Below are positions 56,875-64,000 of a stretch of 64,000 bases of DNA, piece by piece. The translations under genes were made by a program, and so were the position numbers. Source of the DNA: Macrostomum lignano (Eukaryota); the NCBI GenBank assembly GCA_002269645.1, contig NIVC01002065.1:1-64000 (forward strand), read 5' to 3'. Under the pieces are notes generated by a model, which did not search any database, was not told the DNA's origin, and worked only from the letters and a program-made list of their open reading frames with translations. Numbering within the stretch: position 1 is the stretch's first letter; every line of letters starts with the position of its first letter.

Positions 56875-57310
56875 GGGCAGGAATCGGGTGGGAAGGCTGA
56901 TGGGAATAGAGTGGGAAGGCGGATGGGAATCGGGTGGGAAGGCGGATGGGAATCGGTGGTTAGGCGGATGGGAATCGAGTGGGAAGGCGGATGGGAATCG
57001 GGTGGGTAGGCGGATGGGAATCGGGTGGATAGGCGGATGGGATCGGGTGGGTAGGCGGATGGGATCGGGTGGGTAGGTGGATGAGAATCGGGTGGGTAGG
57101 CGGATGGGAATCGGGTGGGTAGGCGGATGGGATCGGGTGGGTAGGCGGATGGGATCGGGTGGGTAGGTGGATGGGAATCGGGTGGGTAGGCGGATGGGAA
57201 TCGGGTGGGTAGGCGGATGGGATCGGGTGGGAAGGTGAATGGGAATCTGGTGGGTAGGCGGATGGGAATCGGGTGGGTAGGCGGATGGGAATCGGGTGGG
57301 TAGGCGGTTG
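56875..57310. repeat. 22-23-bp G-rich array (GGGTGGGTAGGCGGATGGGAATC)n
   Basis: Read directly; contains multiple GGG runs. Confidence 0.9.
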
Positions 57311-57654
57311 GGAATTGAGATGAGATCCCTCAAATCTGATGCGCATGAATCAGAAATTAATCTGGCATGAATAACAACCAAACACGCTTGGATATGCGGT
57401 GGCTGCTCAGATGGTCAAACACAGGCAGCATTCTGTGCAATTCCGAGATATGCTTGTGCACCCCAGTGCAACCATGAGACGCTAAGGCTAAAGCTGATCC
57501 CCAACCAGGCAGTGGGTGGAGAGCAGCGGGTGAATAAACAGATCGGCTGTGTGAGCGCTGGCATGGGAACAGATAATAGCATTTGCTTGTTGCCGGGTGC
57601 TCAGTTGAGCTTTGATTTGCACTCGAATATGGATATTCGGCTGCTGTAAGAGGC

Positions 57655-58160
57655 TCCTGGGAGGAATGGGGTGAGAATCCTGTGAGGAATGGGGTGAGAA
57701 TCCTGTGAGGAATGGGGTGAGACTCCTGTGAGGAATGGGGTGAGGCTCATGTGAGGAATGGGGTGAGGCTCATGTGAGGAATGGGATAAGACTCCTGTGA
57801 GATAAAGGGTGAGAGTGCTGTGAGATATAGGGTGAGAGTGCTGTGAGATATAGGGTGAGAGTGCTGTGAGATATAGGGTGAGAGTGCTGTGAGATATAGG
57901 GTGAGAGTGCTGTGAGATATAGGGTGAGAGTGCTGTGAGATATAGGGTGAGATTGCTGTGAGATATAGGGTGAGAGTGCTGTGAGATATAGGGTGAGAGT
58001 GCTGTGAGATATAGGGTGAGAGTGCTGTGAGATATAGGGTGAGAGTGCTGTGAGATATAGGGTGAGAGTGCTGTGAGATATAGGGTGAGAGTGCTGTGAG
58101 ATATAGGGTGAGAGTGCTGTGAGATATAGGGTGAGAGTGCTGTGAGATATAGGGTGAGAC
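57655..58160. repeat. 20-bp then 23-bp array (GTGAGATATAGGGTGAGAGTGCT)n
   Basis: Read directly. Confidence 0.92.
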
Positions 58161-58649
58161 TATGATAAGGACGCAAGCTAACAGAAGATAAAAAAGCCAG
58201 ATGTCTTGAACTCACCGGCTAGACGTCTTCCACTGTAATTTTGTCACATCGAGTGTTCGGATCTCAGTCGTGAACGGATGCCTCTCCTTTTAGGAGGGAA
58301 AATTTCCTGCAAGATTAGCTGCAGTTTTCTGCAACAACCGGGATTGGCTGGCAGAGAATCACCGAGTCATGAAGGAGGCCGCTTAGAACGGCTGTGAGAA
58401 AGTGTTGAACTGGAGTGTGTGAGAATCCAGCTGAGCTGCCAGCCAAGTTGGATGGAGCTGTCAACGCCGGCTGTGCTGCAGGTGTTTTCTAGGAAACGAG
58501 CCCAGTTTGAAATTCCCACGCTCATGCAGTCATATATTCGCACACAGAATTCTATCAAGTTGTGGAATCCAAGACTCACTGATCCTCATAGATCCTCACG
58601 GATCTCAGAGAAATCACAGGAACAGCTGGAGAATCTGTGACCTGTGAGG

Positions 58650-59345
58650 ATGTGAAACCCTATGAGGATCTTCGTATATCCTCACAGATCTTCACAGATC
58701 CGCACAGATATGTCAGAGATCACGGATACTCACAGATCACAGATTCTCACAAATCACATATCCTCACTGATCACAGATCTACGTAGGATCTATAAATATC
58801 TGTGAGGATCTGTGAGGATCTGTGAAGATCTGTGAGGATCTACAAAGATTTTTGAGGATCGATGACTATTTGTGGGGATCTAAGAAGATCTGTGAGGATC
58901 TATGACTATTTTTGGGGATCTATGAAGATCTGTGGGATCTATGAAGATCAGTGAGGATCTACAAGGATCTGTGAGGATCTATGAAGATCTGTGAGGATCT
59001 AAACATATCTGTGAGGATCTATGAAGATATGTGAGGATCTTTGAAGATCTGTGGTATCTATGAAGATCTGTGAGGATCTATGAAGATCTGTGAGGATCTA
59101 TGAAGATCTGTGAGGATCTATGAAGATCTGTGAGGATCTATGAAGATGTGTGAGGATCTATGAAGATGTGTGAGGATCTTTGAAGATGTGTGAGGATCTA
59201 TGAAGATGTGTGAGGATCTATGAAGATGTGTGAGGATCTTTGAAGATCTGTGAGGATCGATGAAGATGTGTGAGGATCTATGAAGATGTGTGAGGATCTA
59301 TGAAGATGTGTGAGAATCTGTAAAGATCTGTGGAAGATCTGTGAA
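58650..59345. repeat. 10/20-bp array (GATCTGTGAG-GATCTATGAA)n, with an inverted-orientation portion at the 5' end
   Basis: Read directly. Confidence 0.85.
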
Positions 59346-60024
59346 GGTCTGTACCCACTCCCTTTAAGGAGGGCTTGAAGTTAGAGAGGGGTAATAATTA
59401 TCAATTAATCTATAAAGATTTCTTAGGGAGCCATTGAATTTAGTAACGTTTATTTTTAAGAATTTAAGAATTTAACGTAAATTCCAGCGTTACTAAATTC
59501 ACGGTTACTACATAAATTTCGGTTACTAAATTCACATAGACCCGATTTGTTAGGATCTGTGAGGATCTGAGATCAGAGGCGATTAAAAACTCTGACTTAG
59601 CTACTGACAGCCAAACAGTGAGTAGTCAGCATGGCATATGAAATAAGAGGTTAGCATAGCAACAACAGCCGGTAATTATGGCAGTACGAGCGGAACACCC
59701 TCAGTATTGGCAACTTTATTAATGCCAGCATGGTGCGCTCGCAGATGCAGACAACTGATGAATGGCGAGTTCGCACGCAGAGCCTGTATCAGAGAGTAAG
59801 CCCGGCGGATCCAGAAACGTCAGATTAATGACCGAGCGAGGATGGATGAGTTCGGGGCAACGCATCTGTCTTGCTCTTGGCTAAGCATATACATGCGATT
59901 ATATTTTATCGAGCTAAACGTATGTAAAAGTATGGATGATTAATTTATAGTTAAATTTTAGTTTTAAATTCTATGAACTTTCATATTGTGGAAATGGATA
60001 CTTGTTGCAGCTAACATGTGGGTA

Positions 60025-61000
60025 AATTGGCATTGGGATTGTTAAACTGGCATTGGGATTGTTAAACTGGCATTGGAATTGTTAAACTGGCATTGGGATT
60101 GTTAAACTGGCATTGGAATTGTTAAACTGGCATTGGAATTGTTAAACTGGCATTGGGATTGTTAAACTGGCATTGGAATTGTTAAACTTGCATTGGGATT
60201 GTTAAACTGGCATTGGAATTGTTAAACTGGCATTGGGATTGTTAAACTGGCATTGAGGTTGTTAAACTGGCATTGGGATTGTTAAACTGGCATTGGGATT
60301 GTTAAACTGGCATTGGAATTGTTAAACTGGCATTGGGATTGTTAAACTGGCATTGGGATTGTTAAACTGGCATTGGGATTGTTAAACTGGCATTGGGATT
60401 GTTAAACTGGCATTGGGATTGTTAAACTGGCATTGGGATTGTTAAACTGGCATTGGGATTGTTAAACTGGCATTGGGATTGTTAAACTGGCATTGAGGTT
60501 GTTAAACTGGCATTGGAATTGTTAAACTGGCATTGGAGATGTTAAACTGGCATTGGAGTTTTTAAACTGGCATTGGGATTGTTAAACTGGCATTGGGATT
60601 GTTAAACTGGCATTAGGATTGTTAAACTGGCATTGGGATTGTTAAACTGGCATTGGGATTGTTAAACTGGCATTGGGATTGTTAAACTGGCATTGGGATT
60701 GTTAAACTGGCATTAGGATTGTTAAACTGGCATTGGGATTGTTAAACTGGCATTGGGATTGTTAAACTGGCATTGGGATTGTTAAACTGACATTGGGATT
60801 GTTAAACTGGCATTAGGATTGTTAAACTGGCATTGGGATTGTTAAACTGGCATTGGAATTGTTAAACTGGCATTGGGATTGTTAAACTGGCATTGGGATT
60901 GTTAAACTGGCATTGGGATTGTTAAACTGGCATTGGGATTGTTAAACTGGCATTAGGATTGTTAAACTGACATTAGGATTGTTAAACTGACATTAGGATT
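60025..61000. repeat. 20-bp array (TGGCATTGGGATTGTTAAAC)n, about 48 units
   Basis: Read directly. Confidence 0.96.
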
Positions 61001-61454
61001 CTTTAACTTTCATCTTGTACACCAAAAATGGCATTATGAGCAGAAAACAGGCATCCTAAGCATTCCAAGCACTAAACTGGTTTCGCGAAATCTTCTTTAA
61101 ACGGAATTGTTGATAATAAACTGGCAATAAGAAAAAAATACTGAGGCCACTGTTCGAGAAGCTGATAGGACGAAAAAACTCTCGTAACTTCGAAAAAATG
61201 TAATTTTTGTAATTTCAAAGCTTGACAGAAAGGAAATTAGAATGAAGACGAATAAAAAAATAAGCAGTTTACAGTTAATATGTAAGCCATGTTTAACAGT
61301 CTTATTGCGTTAGGCAAAAACAACTGCTCGATCTCAGACTTGGTGAGAAATTTAGTGAGAAAGCAAAGCAAGTGCTTGATTACGATTACAAGTAGAAGAG
61401 AAGCGCATTAACTTTCATATTGCCGAATGGAAATTGTGGACGAAGGTTCCTCAA

Positions 61455-61878
61455 AGGAGGGTGCTGCTAGCTGGGTATGTACATTGGGGAGGGGTGCTGC
61501 TTGCTCGGGCTGGGTGTGTACATTGGAGAGAGGGTGCTACTAGCTGGGGCTGGGTTTGTACATTGGGGAGAGGGTGCTGCTAGCTGGGGTGGGTGTGCAC
61601 ATTGGGGAGAAGGTGCTGCTAGCTGGGGCTGGGTGTGTACATTGAAGAGAGGGTGCTGCTAGCTGGGGCTGGGTGTGTACAATGGGGAGAGGGTGCTACT
61701 AGCTGGGGCTGGGTGTGTACATTGGGGAGAGGGTGCTGCTAGCTGGGCTGGGTGTGTACATTGGGGAGAGGGTGCTGCTAGCTGGGGCTGAGTGTGTACA
61801 TTGGGGAGAGGGTGCTGCTAGCTGGGACTGGGTGTGTACATTGGAGAGAGGGTGCTGCTAGCTGGGGCTGGGTGTGTA
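61455..61878. repeat. 40-bp array (GCTGCTAGCTGGGGCTGGGTGTGTACATTGGGGAGAGGGT)n
   Basis: About 10 units. Confidence 0.9.
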
Positions 61879-62091
61879 CCCACTCCCTTTAAGGAGGGCT
61901 TGAAGTTAGGGAGGGGTAATAATTATCAAGCTGATTATCAGACAGAAGATCGAAGCGCAAATAAAAAGAACACAATAAAAAGTACACATAGGAACTGTTA
62001 ATGTTCGAGCCAAGTGCGCTGAAAACATTGAAGGAGAGACTCAGTGAATGACGTGAAAGCGGCAATTGCACTGGCTTCATAAAATAAACTG

Positions 62092-62097
62092 TTTATT
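62092..62097 (-). terminator. Polyadenylation signal AATAAA of the EGFR-like gene
   Basis: TTTATT on the plus strand, about 25 nt past stop codon 62121. Confidence 0.55.
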
Positions 62098-62120
62098 GCA
62101 GAATCGGAACGAACAGAATT

Positions 62121-63964
62121 TCACTTTCGCTTGGGCAACAGGCAGCTGCTGGCGCATGGATCGCTGTCGCAGTCGGCCGCGTGCTGCTGCTGCTGCTGCT
62201 GCGACATGGGCTGCATCGGCTGGCCCCCTGAGCACGGCACCAAGTAGCCGTCGTCATCGTCGCACTGTTCACCCGCCGGTGGATCGCGGAGCTCCAGCTC
62301 CAGCAGCGCTCGCTTCTCCACCGGATCCGTGATGTACGCGTTGGCGGAATCGCCGTTGTTTCCGACGTCCGCGTCCGCGGCTACGACGGCGGCGGCCATA
62401 GTTGTCTCCGTCTCGCCTTCGCCGTCGCCGTCGCCATCACCATCACTTTCGTTGACGCTGGCGGCTGCCGTGGCTCCTCCAGCCTCTCTGGTGCCGGCGG
62501 CATTGTAAGCGATGTACTTCTCGGGAGCCTTCAGACAGTCCTTCATGGTGTCCGTCAGGTCCGAGAAGGAGGGCCGCGACTCCGGGAACGGCAGCCAGCA
62601 GCTCAGCAGGATGTTATAGAAGTCCACGCTGCAGACGTCGGGCTGGCCGAGCCGGATGCCCTTGCGCAGCAGGCCCAGCATGTCCTCTGCGCTGCGGATG
62701 CCGTATTGGCAGTAGGGCGACTCGCCGAAGGTGCAGACCTCCCACAGCAGCACGCCGTAGCTCCACACGTCCGACTGGTGGCTGAACAGGCCGGACTCGA
62801 TGCACTCGAGCCCGAGCCACTTCATGGGCAGCAGGCCGCCACGGCTGGCGAAATCGCGCTCGCTGATGTTCAACAGGCGGGCCAGGCCGAAGTCCGTTAT
62901 GCGCACCTGGAGTGCGATTTTGGGCGGGTGGCGGGTTGTAGTTTGGGGTAGACGGTGGGTGTGCTTTGGGGTAGATAGTGGGTGTACATTGGGGCAGATG
63001 GTGGATGTACATTGGGGCAGATGGTGGGTGTACATTGGGTTAGATGATGGGTGTACATTGGGGTAGATGGTGGGTGTACATTGGGTTAGATGATGGGTGT
63101 ACATTGGGGTAGATGTGGGTGTACATTGGGGTAGATGGTGAGTGTACATTGGGTTAGATGATGGGTGTACATTGGGGTAGATGGTGGGTGTACATTGGGG
63201 TAGATGGTGGGTGTACATTGGGGTAGATGTGGGTGTACATTGGGGTAGATGGTGGGTGTACATTGGGGTAGATGGTGGGTGTACATTGGGGTAGATGTGG
63301 GTGTACATTGGGGTAGATGGTGGGTGTACATTGGGTTAGATGATGGGTGTACATTGGGGTAGATGGTGGGTGTACATTGGGGTAGATGGTAAGTGTACAT
63401 TGGGTTAGATGATGGGTGTACATTGGGGTAGATGGTGGGTGTACATTGGGGTAGATGTGGGTGTACATTGGGGTAGATGGTGGGTGTACATTGGGTTAGA
63501 TGATGGGTGTACATTGGGGTAGATGGTGGGTGTACACTGGGGTAGATGGTGGGTGTACACTGGGGTAGATGGTGGGTGTACATTGGGGTAGATGGTGGGT
63601 GTACATTGAAGCAGTTGGTGGGTGTACATTGGGGCAGATGATGGTGTGTTGATTGTGGTGGGTACATAGGGGCGGGTTTGAGTGTACATAGGTGTGTAAG
63701 AGAATTGCTCACAGGTAAAAATGGTTATTAAGATAATTATTAGTCACGAGAGCACGCATGACTTACCTGATCTGGCGTCTGCAGCAGGACATTCCTAGCA
63801 GCCAGGTCTCTGTGCACAATGCCCTCCGACTGCAGGTACGCCATGCCTTCGGCCACCTGAAGCGCCCAGTGCAGCATTCTGTTGGCGCCAATCCGGCGGC
63901 GCCTTTCGCGCACAAAATCCAGCAGGCAGCCGCGCGGCATCAGCGCCGTGATGAGCTGCGGCTC
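62121..63964 (-). CDS. EGFR: EGFR/ErbB-family receptor tyrosine kinase, last two exons (gene continues beyond the window)
   Basis: Exons 63964-63767 and 62906-62121 (both phase 0). EGFR-typical motifs QLITALMPRGCLLDFVRE, HRDLAARNVL, ITDFGLARLL, GGLLPMKWLGLE, HQSDVWSYGV..WEVCTFG, QPDVCSVDFY, tail DDDGYLVP. Confidence 0.9.
62950..63690. repeat. 23-bp array (GGGTGTACATTGGGGTAGATGGT)n filling the EGFR intron
   Basis: Read directly; explains the MYTHHLPQCTP ORFs. Confidence 0.93.
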
Positions 63965-64000
63965 CTGGCGGCGGCATGGTTGGGGGGGGGCTTGAGAATC

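Overview
Eukaryotic (animal) genomic window with no prokaryotic features, rRNA genes, intact tRNA genes or CRISPR arrays. GC-rich exons with poly-Ala/Gln/Gly tracts sit among introns filled with mini- and microsatellites; this style resembles the flatworm Macrostomum (inference, not proven). Seven protein-coding genes were reconstructed by hand using GT-AG junctions and phase checks: (1) an intronless secreted C-type-lectin + Ig protein with one frameshift; (2) a GM2-activator/ML-domain lipid-binding protein (4 exons); (3) an LHFPL6-like tetraspan protein (about 13 kb, one frameshift); (4) glycogenin (4 exons, 328 aa) with a possible 1-kb cassette exon; (5) a 14-exon, 929-aa ankyrin-repeat TRP channel that does not clearly match a canonical subfamily; (6) an orphan rhodopsin-class GPCR; (7) the 3' end of an EGFR/ErbB-family kinase. 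The window also holds a young, internally deleted Tc1/mariner element, nested MITEs, a hAT/Charlie-like element, a foldback hairpin, a tRNA-like SINE head and more than 30 distinct tandem arrays. No new biological system can be claimed from sequence alone. The best leads are the divergent TRP channel, an intronic array of tandem splice donors and AG|GT recursive-splicing-like sites, the heptad-coding 21-bp satellite inside decayed ORF-like sequence, the secreted CTLD-Ig protein, the glycogenin cassette ORF, and signs that mobile elements seed the satellite arrays. Repeat boundaries are approximate (about 10-20 bp).
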